A stretch of 32,000 nucleotides of DNA from Wallemia ichthyophaga EXF-994. Its lineage: Eukaryota; Fungi; Basidiomycota. The notes below the pieces were generated by a model. It was not told the DNA's origin. It did no database searches and saw nothing but the letters and a program-made list of their open reading frames with translations. Location of the stretch: the NCBI RefSeq assembly GCF_000400465.1, contig NW_008806275.1:90001-122000 (forward strand), written 5' to 3'. The first letter of the stretch is position 1. Each line of letters opens with the position of its first letter. The translations under genes were made by a program, and so were the position numbers. Positions 1-10,405 of this stretch are shown in pieces.

Positions 1-241
1 TAATCAGCTGATCAGCGGCGCTTGAGAGTGGTGGGTCGCTTGTTGCGTTTATTGAAGTACAGTATCTCTACGCTGTGAATCTCTGCGCTGTGCATCTCTC
101 CCCATTGATCCCGACATCAGGTACACCAAGATACACCAAGATACAGCATGCGCTGTGAACACCACACGCACAAGCTGCAACCCCCATATCTATTGTCCAA
201 ATGCATCTCTATCGTCTCTTCATCTCCAACAACCATCTGCA

Positions 242-3200
242 ATGCCTGAAATCAAGTACACGCAGCTCGGCTCCAGCCTCGTGAATCTGCCGCCATCCAT
301 CTACTCCCAGCTGGTCGCCAAAGGCAGCGTGCGTTCGATTCCCGCTGCGTCCATATCTCATATGACCTCAGCGACCACAATCTCTCGCTGTTATCATCAG
401 ACACGGCGACCGCGAGTACTACCTGGGCTGGTCTGGCATGGCCTCATCGATAGCCACGCTCGCCATCGAAGACTTTGTCGAGATTGATCCCGTCGTTGCG
501 GCTGCCTATCGACTCGACCACGGCGCAAACGTGGGTAGCCACCCAGCAACCACCACACTCTCACCCAGCGCACAAAGGTATCCGTCTCGCTCCATTCCTC
601 GCTCCCCACTGCCAAGTCGGTGAATGTGGTACCCGATACGCCCGACGACTGGGAGTTGCTCGAGGCGCACGCCGAGTATGTCGAGCAGAATCTTCTTTCC
701 CAAGTGCGTTTGGCCTCCACGCATCAGCCAATGGTCGTCTACCTTCCCTCCAAGTCCAGCATGACCTTTCGCGTCGAAGCCACAGACCCTGCCACCTCTT
801 TCTCCTCTCTTTCCCCCCAAGCCACTCCCGCGGTGCGCCTTGACCGCGACACCGACGTTGCTTTCGCTCCCAAACTGCGCAGGCCCCCGCCTAGCAGCAG
901 TGCCTCTTCCACTATCCGCCCCACTCCCACTCCCGTCGTGCACAGCCAAGATGATCAGGCTGTGCAACAGCTCGCGCGCGTCATACCAGCGCGGGTATAT
1001 CCACGCACTGAGCCCGGCCTCGCCCACGCCCATCCTGCCTTGGTCCACCGTCTTTGTGGACAGGAGAACGATAGCGCGACGGTGACTCTCACCCGCCTCA
1101 AGTCCCCGCTCACGCGCTACAACGACAAGAGAAAGCAAGGCGGTATGGAAGTGGAGCCAGCTGGGCTGACGTTGGGAATGGGCGGTGCCGCTGCGTTGAA
1201 GAATGCCACTAGCAAGCCCGTCGCAAGCGAGCAAGAGCGGGAACTTGCTCTTACACTCACACTCTCGCTCGTAGCAGATGATACCCTCGTCGATGGTCAT
1301 GTCGCCCTCCCGCTCGGCTCTCACCAACGCCTCCAGTTGAAACAGTACGAATTAGTATCGTGCTCCCTCTCAAACTCTCACTCAAACTCTCAAATTCTAT
1401 ACCACGACTACGATATACTCGCTCCACTTTTTAGTACTGCTGACGACGATATCCTCCCTGGGCACCACGCTCTGGTTGAAGAGGCTGCTGATTATCTCAT
1501 CAGCTCTATCGGCATGTCCCTGTCGAAACTGAAAGTGGAATTAAAGGATGGGTATCCAGGTGATCACTCTCACTCGCGCTCTTTAGGTCTGCTAATTACT
1601 GGTGGATCCAGCACAGGCAAGACGACGCTAGCCAAGACAATAGCTTATCACATAAGCCAAGATGTACGGATATTCGCCCACAGCCTCTATGAGGATGTAT
1701 CGGGGTGGGTGCAAGAGAAAGCTTCGACTATAGACGATAAGCTGCGGCTGCTACTCGAGGAAGCTCACTGGAGTGCTCCCACCGTCATCATACTCGACGG
1801 TCTCGATGTTTTGCTAACCCCGGAAAGTGAAACAGACCAGAACACAACCCAGTCTGGCAGACAGCGCACACTCGCTGACCTCTTCGCTCGCCTCTTCTCA
1901 CCTTGCAACCGCAATCTGCCGCAGGGCGTGGTTGTGGTGGGTGTGGCCAGTGGTTCCCTCCACTCCGCCGTTAATACCTCGCGTGTGTTTGGGAAGGAGA
2001 TTAAACTACTTGCGCCATCTAAAACGACGCGCAGAGAGGTAAGTTTATTTTGGGCTGCTTGCTGCTTTTCCCATTTAAATTGCTGACACTCACATCTCCT
2101 CCGCACTCCAGATGCTGCTGCGACTATTCGACGAGCACCGGATAGCTGATTTCAGCGGGGTGAATACGCTACTTATTGCCAGTGAAATGGAGGGGTATCT
2201 GCCGGTAGATGTGACAAGTGTGCTGGAGAGGGCAGTACACCATGCCTCCCTGACGCACGACGAAGATGGCCCATCCTCAACGTTACAATTGCATGTCGCC
2301 ACGCACCACTTCGAAGCAGCCCTCGCACAATATCGCCCGCAAGCTTTACGCGGAGTGAATCTGCAGCAAAGCAGTGTGAAGTGGGGGGATATAGGCGGGA
2401 TGCGCCATGTGAAGGGCATGATCAGAGAGACGCTGGAGTGGCCGACCAAGTATGCCCTCCTCTTTGACCGTTCCCCACTTCGCCTGCGTGCCGGCCTCTT
2501 GCTGTACGGTTACCCCGGCTGCGGAAAGACGGTAATCGCGAGCGCGGTAGCGCGCGAATGCGGCCTCAATTTCATTTCCGTTAAAGGCCCTGAACTTCTC
2601 AATAAGTATATCGGCCAGAGTGAAGCTACAACAAGGAGTCTTTTCGATCGCGCTAAAGCTGCGAAACCGTGTGTGCTATTTTTCGACGAATTCGACTCGA
2701 TTGCGCCGAGGAGGTGGGTGAAGATAATCATGACTAGAGAGAGGTTTCACTCACATCACACACTCACACAGAGGACACGATTCGACGGGCGTTACAGACC
2801 GGGTGGTTAACCAGTTGCTGACGCAAATGGACGGCGCAGAGGGGCTTGATAGCGGAGTATTTGTGCTTGCCGCAACGAGTCGGCCTGATCTTGTTGATCC
2901 AGCTCTTCTCCGCCCTGGACGGCTGGACAAGGCGCTGCTGTGCGATATGCCTGATTTGCAGGACAGAGTGGATGTGAGTGGATGTGGGCGGTGGCGTGCT
3001 TGCTGCCACACTGCATTTTACTTAGTACTTAGTACTTACTAACACTCCCACCACTCCACTTCAGATACTCGCTGCTCTAACACGTTCAATGCACCTGGAC
3101 GCAGACGTCGACCTCGCCAGTATTGCCGCTCAATGTGAGCAGTTCACCGGTGCTGATTTGCAGGCGCTTGTGTATAACGCACATCTCGAGTGTGTGCATG

Positions 3201-3652
3201 AGGTGTTGGCGAAGCGTGAGGAAGTGGAAGCGGAAAAGCGGGAGCAACACCACGTCGAGCGTGACGACCACAACGACCACTCCAGTAGAGAAGATGAAGA
3301 CGAAGACAAAGCCGCGCCTGGATTCTCGTGGAGCTTGCACAGCGATACCCCTCTCACACGCTCCGGTGAGAAGGAGGTGGATGCTCGCATCGAGAGGCTG
3401 CTGTCAGCGCACACTGCCCTCGGGTCGCGCAGCTCACATCCGCAATCCCCACACAGTCAAGAGAAGACTGCAAATACAACTGCGACATCACCCACTCCGC
3501 ACGTGATTACGGCCGAGCACATGTCGAAAGCATTCGCTATCACCCACCCGTCGGTGTCGAGCGACGAAATAGCACGGCTGAGGGGCGTCTACGACTCATT
3601 CACGACCGGTCGCCCGAGCCAGGAGGTGGGCAGCAGGAGCAGTCTGGCGTGA
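242..3652 (+). CDS. PEX1: Peroxisome biogenesis AAA ATPase Pex1, 6 exons, ~1032 aa
   Basis: Predicted exons 242-328, 372-530, 578(or 569)-2038, 2112-2713, 2772-2973, 3065-3652; frames join correctly. N-terminus SSLVNLP...RPQSLAV...YLGWSGMAS is Pex1-like. D1 Walker A is GGSSTGKT. D2 has [63 protein letters not shown] and [12 protein letters not shown]. Confidence 0.95.
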
Positions 3653-3786
3653 GGCTGGTGTGTAGAGTGTGCTTGTGTGCTTGTGTGCTTGCGTGCTTGC
3701 TTACTCAACGAACTGTATAAAATGACATGCACAACTTTGCCAAAATACAAATGGCTCTCGTCGGATAACTACAAACAGCTGCAAAG

Positions 3787-4737
3787 ATGGGAGGAGACAG
3801 CGCAAATAAGCAGCCATTCCCGCGAGTATTTGTGATACGCCACGGTGCGTTTGCGTTGTGTGCAGGAACCAAAGACTACCACGCAGCTGACACGGCTCGA
3901 CGCAGGCCAAACCGAGTGGTCGCAAAACGGACGCCATACCGGAACTACGGACATAGGGCTAACGCAGCATGGCGCCGAGGTCGTTGAGAAGCTTGGGCCA
4001 CGCGTAGTGGGCGATGCGAGTGAGTTTGCGTGTTGCTGTTGGTGTGTGCGCTTCTCCCTGCTGATACACCTGTGCACACGCAGAACTCATCGACCCTGGG
4101 CGTATATCTCACGTATTGCTCTCCCCAAGGAAACGCGCCATCGATACTTTCACGCTGCTGTTCAAGGATAACTTGCCCGCAGTCGCTGAGCGCGAGATTG
4201 TGGAGGATGCCAGGGAGTGTGAGTATATTACAGCACAGCGGTGCAGTGACACACTCGCACACGCTCGCTTGTCACATCTCACACACCTCTCACCACAGGG
4301 ACTTACGGCGACTACGAGGGACTCAAACCGGCCGAAATTAAGGCGCGCAACCCCCACCACTGGATTTGGACAGATGGTTGTCCGAACGGGGAGAGTGCAG
4401 CGGATGTCTCCGCGCGTGCTGACAACTTGGTTAGGAAAATTAGAGATATACACGCTGCACACCTCCTCGACAGAGAGCGTGGTGTGGAAACCAAGAGCTC
4501 GGGCGATGTAGTCATCTTCTCCCACGGCCACTTTAGTCGTGTGTTTATTTCACGTTTTCTCGGATTCGGTATTGGCGAATTTGGGTGGGTTGCAGTTAGC
4601 ACGTCGTGGACTTTACTCACTACTCATCCCCTTCTTCCAGACCCAAGATCGTCGCTGAAGCTGGCGCTGTGCAGTTGCTTGGCTACCAGCATAATAGCCT
4701 CGATGAGCCAAGTATCTTGGCTATGAACTTGCAGTAG
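3787..4737 (+). CDS. SHB17: Histidine phosphatase / phosphoglycerate mutase family protein, similar to sedoheptulose-1,7-bisphosphatase Shb17; 5 exons, ~229 aa
   Basis: Exons 3787-3844, 3906-4019, 4084-4218, 4299-4584, 4641-4737 total 690 nt. Spliced motifs: RHGQTEWSQNGRHTGTTDIGLT, SPRKRA, REWTYGDYEGL, WTDGCPNGES, SHGHFSR. Family is clear; the specific substrate is inferred. Confidence 0.8.
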
Positions 4738-4961
4738 ATGGTCTTGTTTGTTTGAAGCACACACGCTCATTCTCTCACACTCTCTTCTCTGGCTGAATTA
4801 TGTATAGCATTATAGCCTTATTACATTACTTTTCGGACGCGCCCGCTGTCTTGATTTGAATCATGTTTTGCATTTTTTCGATTAAAATTGAAAGGATAAA
4901 AAGCAGTTTCAACTGTGAAATTGTTGTGTTTCCAAGGTGAACTCTATACACTTGACCCAGA

Positions 4962-6190
4962 CTAATCCCAAATAAGATCAGAGTCTCCGCGACGCGCGAG
5001 GACTTCCCAAGGGTTCTTGGAGGATGTCTTCATAACGCCCTGACCCTGAACCTGGCCCTGCTGCTGTCTATGTTGGCGGAGGGAATCTTGTCTCTCTTTC
5101 TCGTTGAGACTCTTCACGGCAGCTTTCGCTTCCTTCTTCTTAGCGTTCTGGCGCTGTTTTTTTGTTTGTTCTTCCTGTGATGGCGGTTGAGGTTGGGGAG
5201 GTGGAACTACTGGTTCATCTGTGGGATTGTCAGACAAGTAGTTACGTTGGTCCGACACGCACCTCTAACGCCGACCTTCTTGGATCCAGCCATAGTCCAG
5301 CCGTCGTCAGCAGAGGGAGTGTGTTTGACGTCTTTGGCAATACGCATGACGCGAGCGTGCGTCTGGTCAGGTTGGAGACTGTCATCGAGCATGTCCATGG
5401 CATTATGGGTCTGGAGGAGGGTAGATTCAGCGAGCGGGGTGTTAAAGGTGTTAGTGGGGTTGGAAACACCACCCTTCTCACTCCACGTCCAGTCGCCGTC
5501 TTGGTATATTTGGCTGTCGGGATTGAGGGCAGACTGTGCAGACACGACAGGTGCTCTATCCCAGGCGTCTTGGTCGAGTGGTGGTGAGGTAGATGAGGCT
5601 TCTTGAGGTACGGCAGACGCTTCAATGAAACCAGTCTTCTCAGTGGTTGGAGTGGTTGCCTTCTTCTTTGAGTTGATGGTAGTCCACTCGCCTGAGTCTA
5701 CATCATTGAATTCTCCGGTGGTGAGTTTGTTGGTGGTGTGGGTGGGTGGTTTTTGTGGTTGTTGTGGTTGTTGTGGTTGTTGTGGTTGTTCTGATTGCTG
5801 TTGCTGCTGCTGTGCTGCTTTTGCTTTCTTCTTGGATGCTTTAGATTGGGTGGGTTGCTGGGCTGGTTGCTGGGCTGGTTGCTGGGCTGGTTGCTGGGCT
5901 GGCTGTTGAGCTGACTGTTGAGCATTCTTCTTTGCTGGCTGCTGTTGTTGCTGCTGCTTCAAACCACTCTCGTGACTACCGGAAGAAGCAGGCGTGGTAT
6001 TCTTGCTCTTCTTCTTATTCTTACCAGCGCCGACTTTCTTATTCTTTTGTGAGTTTTGTTGCGTGGGTGTGTGCGTGTCTGCGTGCTGTTGAGGCTGCAA
6101 CTGAGTGCTGGCATACAAACCAATAGCAACGCCCAGCCCGGCAAGCGTGTAAACAAGCTTATCATCCAATTCAACGCCTCCGACAATCAT
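4962..6190 (-). CDS. Uncharacterised protein, ~394 aa: N-terminal membrane anchor followed by a K/Q/P-rich disordered region
   Basis: ATG at 6190. Exons 6190-5263 and 5218-4962, with a 44-nt intron (GTGCGT...CACAG) joining in frame. Hydrophobic segment LVYTLAGLGVAIGLYA, lysine clusters, and a TKKQRQNAKKKEAK motif near the C-terminus. Confidence 0.75.
5754..5789. repeat. Four perfect copies of the 9-mer TGTGGTTGT (coding Q/Q/P repeats on the minus strand)
   Basis: Read directly from the sequence. Confidence 0.9.
5853..5900. repeat. Four perfect copies of the 12-mer GGTTGCTGGGCT (coding QPAQ repeats on the minus strand)
   Basis: Read directly from the sequence. Confidence 0.9.
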
Positions 6191-6245
6191 TTCTGTTTTC
6201 GTGGTGTGTTGGCAACATGTGTTGTGCGATATAAAATACTAAAAT

Positions 6246-6767
6246 CTATCCCAGTACATAATTGATTATATTATTTATAAGCTCATTGACATCCTCTTTG
6301 CTCTTGCTATTGCTCTTCCTGGGCTTGTTGCCGCTTCTGCGCCCGTTGCGCTCCCATGTGTGCCTGGATTTCTTATTTTGGTTGGTTGCAGCGCTGCCAC
6401 TCAAATATCCCAGCAGCGACCAAGTGCTTCCTCCAGCCACGGCAGAGATATCCTTCCCCGTATAGCTGCTGCTCAGTTGTATTACCCCCACCACTACGCT
6501 CACTATTACCGTCCATTTGAGTAGAAAGAGGAGTGTGCGTATAACGAATCTGGCTGTGTTGTAGAGGCTTATCACCGTGGCATATATCAGCAGCAATGAA
6601 ATCACCAGCGGCAGTACACTCTCCACAGACGGTTTCGACGTGAGCACCGTGTATCCATCCTCCATCACGGCGTATAATCGCGGTAAGAGCTCCTTGTCCC
6701 AGGTACTGTACAACTGTGATGGTAATTTACGCGCGTATGCTTTCGCGATTGGTGTTATATACTCCAT
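6246..6767 (-). CDS. Probable Apq12-family nuclear envelope/ER membrane protein, ~173 aa
   Basis: ATG at 6767 (MEYITPIAK). Two closely spaced hydrophobic helices, VLPLVISLLLIYATVISLYNTARFVIRTLLFLLKWTVIVSVVVGVIQL, then a basic tail. The Apq12 resemblance is from recall only. Confidence 0.55.
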   Translation of the reverse strand: MEYITPIAKAYARKLPSQLYSTWDKELLPRLYAVMEDGYTVLTSKPSVESVLPLVISLLLIYATVISLYNTARFVIRTLLFLLKWTVIVSVVVGVIQLSSSYTGKDISAVAGGSTWSLLGYLSGSAATNQNKKSRHTWERNGRRSGNKPRKSNSKSKEDVNELINNIINYVLG

Positions 6768-6862
6768 CGTCGACGTCAGCCTATAACATGTACGCATCAG
6801 GCAACTTGGGTATTTCAAGTGTAGAAATATCTATCATTCTCAACAATACAGCTTTATCTATA

Positions 6863-8563
6863 TCACCCCTCCAACTCACCACTCTTCAACGCCTTCTTGT
6901 CATAACTCTCCTCGTTATCAGAGTCATCGAGCTGCTTGATTGGTTTCACATCCGCTCCGTCGAGACTCGCGCTTTGTCCACCCTTCATCCCCTTCCTGCC
7001 TGACTTTACAGCTGAGTCAGGTATTACACCATCACCGTTGAGGTAATCCAGTTGCTCGCCTTCATGTGTATCAATCATCCCTGTCCATCTGCTATAGACA
7101 TTCCCCGTAACCTCCTCCGCTCTAAGACGTGTGTAGATATGCTCATGCTTGAATGCATCTATTTGTGCACTGTACTGCTCAAAGTCGATCACTTCCTTCT
7201 TGTCTCCGTCCAGTTGTTTGAGCGTGTCATGACGGATTTGTTCGTCGGTGAGAGTTGTGCCTTGTTGTTCTTGATCCTTTTCTTTCTTCTCAATTTCATT
7301 TCCATTTTCACCTTGTTTTTCACCCACTTTAGACTGCTCCTTGTGCGCCTTCTCGATAGCCTTCTTTACGCGATCTTCAGCACTCTTCTCAACAGCGATA
7401 TTATTCTCTTGTACACGCGTGTTATACACCCCAAAGCAAGGTGCTTCCAACAACAAGCCGAGACCGGGAGCTTTAGGTACGACGATAGGGGTGTTAGAGT
7501 ATGTCTTCTCTATTAGTGATGGCGGAGTAGGAGTACGCGTCACGTTCACCAGCATGAAGATCATCTTACGAATCTGGTGCAACATGAAGCTCTGTCCGTA
7601 GAACCTAACGCTGATCCACTCATTCCCTTCGACCAGAAACGGTTCACGTATTTCCAATTCCTTCATATAACGCTGTGCGCTCCTCTCAGTAAACGCCTTG
7701 CCGATAGTGTACGACCAGAAGTTGTGTGAGCCTGTAAAATGCTGCAGGGTAGCTCTGGCCTTAGAAAGAGTATCAGTGTCGATACGCCATGCGCGTTTAC
7801 GTTGCATCATACCCTCAACACTCTCATTTTCATCCACTCCTTCCTCGCTCCAGAAAGGATGCTGGGTTCCTAACCGTTTCCCCAAATTGGTCCAGGGCGC
7901 GGGAGGGAGGAAGACGTAAGAGGGAAGCAGATACTCATATCTTCTACTATCGCAACTATTACGCGCATCGAAAGAGTTCTGCGTGCGCACATATCCCCAA
8001 ATACGTATATGCGGAGGGAGATGAGAGTTGATAGCAGCGACAGGATCACCTTGTTCAGGCAGCTCCACTATCATTTTGAGCGAAATAACATTACTTGCGG
8101 CGTGAACACTTGCGTCTGTGCGCGCAGCACGCTGTAGATTCACTTTGCCAGGGTCAGTGGAGTTCTCCCGACTGATCACACCCGCGTTGACCATTGCGAG
8201 AAATATTTCACCCTCGATCGTGCGTGTGTTTGCATGCGGTTGTATTTGCATTCCGTTGTACCCTGTGCCGCAGAACCCAACAATTACTGCACACTTGCGT
8301 TTGGGCAGCTTGGGCGTATCGCTTGGCGTTATGTCACTCAGCTTAGGCAGCCCCGCCCAGTCTTTCGTCCAAGTCTTGCGCTCGTCTGGCTTCTTTTCTC
8401 GCTTGTTGGGTTTCTGCTTCTTTTGCTTCTTTTGCGCGGGGCGTGTGGGTGTTGCGGTGGCTGCAGCTGTGGCTGCCTCTGCAACCCCCTCAGCACCCTC
8501 GCTGCCCTGTCTCTTTAGCGTGTTTAGCGTATCCGACATGCCAACTAACAGCCTCCTGAGCAT
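6863..8563 (-). CDS. PUS1: tRNA pseudouridine synthase 1 (TruA family), ~566 aa, apparently intronless
   Basis: KRKCAVIVGFCGTGYNGMQIQ, RAARTDASVHA with the catalytic Asp, SFDARNSCDSRRYEYLLP, GSHNFWSYT, GQSFMLHQIRKM, PKAPGLGLLLE. First ATG at 8563, second at 8539. Confidence 0.93.
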   Translation of the reverse strand: MLRRLLVGMSDTLNTLKRQGSEGAEGVAEAATAAATATPTRPAQKKQKKQKPNKREKKPDERKTWTKDWAGLPKLSDITPSDTPKLPKRKCAVIVGFCGTGYNGMQIQPHANTRTIEGEIFLAMVNAGVISRENSTDPGKVNLQRAARTDASVHAASNVISLKMIVELPEQGDPVAAINSHLPPHIRIWGYVRTQNSFDARNSCDSRRYEYLLPSYVFLPPAPWTNLGKRLGTQHPFWSEEGVDENESVEGMMQRKRAWRIDTDTLSKARATLQHFTGSHNFWSYTIGKAFTERSAQRYMKELEIREPFLVEGNEWISVRFYGQSFMLHQIRKMIFMLVNVTRTPTPPSLIEKTYSNTPIVVPKAPGLGLLLEAPCFGVYNTRVQENNIAVEKSAEDRVKKAIEKAHKEQSKVGEKQGENGNEIEKKEKDQEQQGTTLTDEQIRHDTLKQLDGDKKEVIDFEQYSAQIDAFKHEHIYTRLRAEEVTGNVYSRWTGMIDTHEGEQLDYLNGDGVIPDSAVKSGRKGMKGGQSASLDGADVKPIKQLDDSDNEESYDKKALKSGELEG

Positions 8564-8621
8564 AGAGTAGAGAGGCGTATAAATCAAGGTAAAAATTTAA
8601 AATATTCTTTACAGGTGCAGA

Positions 8622-8949
8622 TTACTGCGAGTTCTTCTGTCTGTTTTCAATCAACACTTGCTTCCTATCCTCGAGAGCCTGGGTGGTGTGTCAGTGGGGC
8701 AATTGAGGAGAGAAGCACGCACATTCTGCTGTCTCTGTGAAACGCCATGCAAGAAGAATCCAGCTGTACCGAAAGCACCGACAGCGATCAAGTGGCCGAA
8801 GAAGTCTGTTGGGTTGGTTGTGAGTGGATGCACAGCCCATAAACACGCTACACACTATCGAACACATTCCTCCTCTCTATGGCCAGCTGCCAGCAACGCG
8901 TTGCAAAACCCACGCCAGAAAAACCTAAAATGTAGCTAGCCAGTGCCAT
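8622..8949 (-). CDS. Mitochondrial complex I accessory subunit, NDUFC2/B14.5b (fungal N4BM)-like; 3 exons, 77 aa
   Basis: Exons 8949-8856, 8805-8723, 8678-8622 total 234 nt. Product: MALASYILGFSGVGFATRCWQLAIERRNVFDNFFGHLIAVGAFGTAGFFLHGVSQRQQNALEDRKQVLIENRQKNSQ. This matches the pattern I recall for the fungal subunit (GFG..RFWQLGIE.RP...GYWL.GVDERQ). Confidence 0.8.
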
Positions 8950-9014
8950 GATGAGTGGTGAGTGGTGGTGGTTGCTAACCTAACCTGGAGAGGTACAAAT
9001 AAACTAGGACGAAA

Positions 9015-9856
9015 ATGGTGTTATTCTTCGAGTCGAGTGGTGTGTACGCTGTGAAAGGTATAGAATTTCAATTTAACCCATTTACAGCTATACAGCCACA
9101 CATAGAAATATACATGGGCAAAGACAAGATCGAGAATGAGGAACTGATTAAACATGGATTCGACAACGATGTTTGGTTCCACGTCGATAAATTGAGCTCT
9201 GCTCACGTCTATATGCGCCTGAGGGATGATATGTCCTGGGATAACATACCCCATCCAGCACTGTACGACTGCTCACAGCTAGTAAAAGCAAATAGCATAC
9301 AGGGAAATAAGAAGGACAATGTTATCATTATTTATACACCTTGGTCTAATCTCAAGAAAACAGGCGATATGGAAGACGGGGCTGTTGCATTCCATAATGA
9401 CAGATTGGTAGGTGTTTAAAATGCTCATTGTGATTCAATAACACCCTCTTCAAAGGTTAAGAGAGGTTTGTGAGTTTTATACGCCAAATCACAGACTTAT
9501 ACCTCCACAAAATCTCAGTTCACGTACCTACCCGTGAAAATGCAATCGTTAACCGCATCAACAAGTCAAAGACAGAGCGTGAAGTCGATTTCATCGCTGA
9601 GAAGATTGAGCGTGAGAGGAAGCTTGGGCAGATGAAGAAGAAGGATGCGATAGTCAGGGTGAGTTGGGTGATTCTACGCGGTTTATTTCTAACGCCCACG
9701 CCACACCCACAGAAACAAGCCACTGATCAAGCAAAGAAGGAAATGCAGGATGAAAAAGCAGCTCGCAGCTACGACAAGATGTGGTCGGCGGAGGACGAAG
9801 AGGAAGCAGCAGCTACACAGCCACGTGGAATGGAAATGGAAGATGATTTCATGTAA
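9015..9856 (+). CDS. CCDC25: CCDC25/Jlp2 ortholog (NFACT-R/DUF814 domain), 5 exons, ~212 aa
   Basis: Exons 9015-9039, 9088-9407, 9456-9465, 9519-9658, 9713-9856 total 639 nt. Motifs IYMGKDKIENEELIKHG, WFHVDKLSSAHVY, QLVKANSIQGNKKDNV, YTPWSNLKKTGDM, VKRVHV...ENAIVNR. Confidence 0.9.
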
Positions 9857-9907
9857 TCGAATTTAAATTATTCATTTTATACACGATCCTCATCCTCACA
9901 AACAGTC

Positions 9908-10405
9908 ATGTTCTCAAGATTAGCTTTTAAGGGATTTAGCAGAGCTGCGAGCACAACTACAAGCAGAACATTCACACCAAGCACACTCTCACATCTCAAT
10001 CATATACGCTCACTCTCCACTCAATCACGCCAACTTATCGATAACGCCGTCAATGCACACCCTATTGTACTCTTCATGAAAGGGAAGCCTTCTGCACCTC
10101 TCTGTGGCTTCTCTAGGGCTGTCGTACAGATACTCGACGTTCAAGGCGCTGATCCTGAGAAGATTAGAGCTTACGACTGCCTTGAAGATGATCAACTACG
10201 TAATGGAATCAAGGAGTACTCTGATTGGCCAACTATCCCACAGGTCTATGTGAATGGTGATTTCGTTGGTGGCTGTGATATTCTTTTGTCTAGTAGGTGA
10301 ACGCGTGTGTATGCATCCCTTCTAACACACCGATCAGTGCATCAGAGTGGCGAATTGTCAGAATTGCTCAAGAACAAACAATTACTACTCCCTATCGCTG
10401 AGTAA
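9908..10405 (+). CDS. GRX5: Mitochondrial monothiol glutaredoxin Grx5, 2 exons, ~150 aa
   Basis: R/S/T-rich presequence; LFMKG...CGFS; [20 protein letters not shown]. Intron 10293-10337, then [11 protein letters not shown]...stop at 10405. Confidence 0.95.

Noticed and set aside
122-147. TACACCAAGA tandem duplication upstream of PEX1
   Set aside because: Only about 2.5 copies; ordinary slippage with no recognisable motif.
506-1327. 273-aa minus-strand ORF
   Set aside because: Antisense shadow of the GC-rich PEX1 exon; no ATG-context or motif support.
2974-3064. Longest intron (91 nt) as a possible snoRNA host
   Set aside because: No C/D or H/ACA boxes recognised; the extra length is explained by short duplications (TAGTACT x2, CACTCCAC).
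7052-7516. 154-aa hydrophobic plus-strand ORF
   Set aside because: Antisense to the K/E/Q-rich part of PUS1, which automatically yields F/L-rich text.
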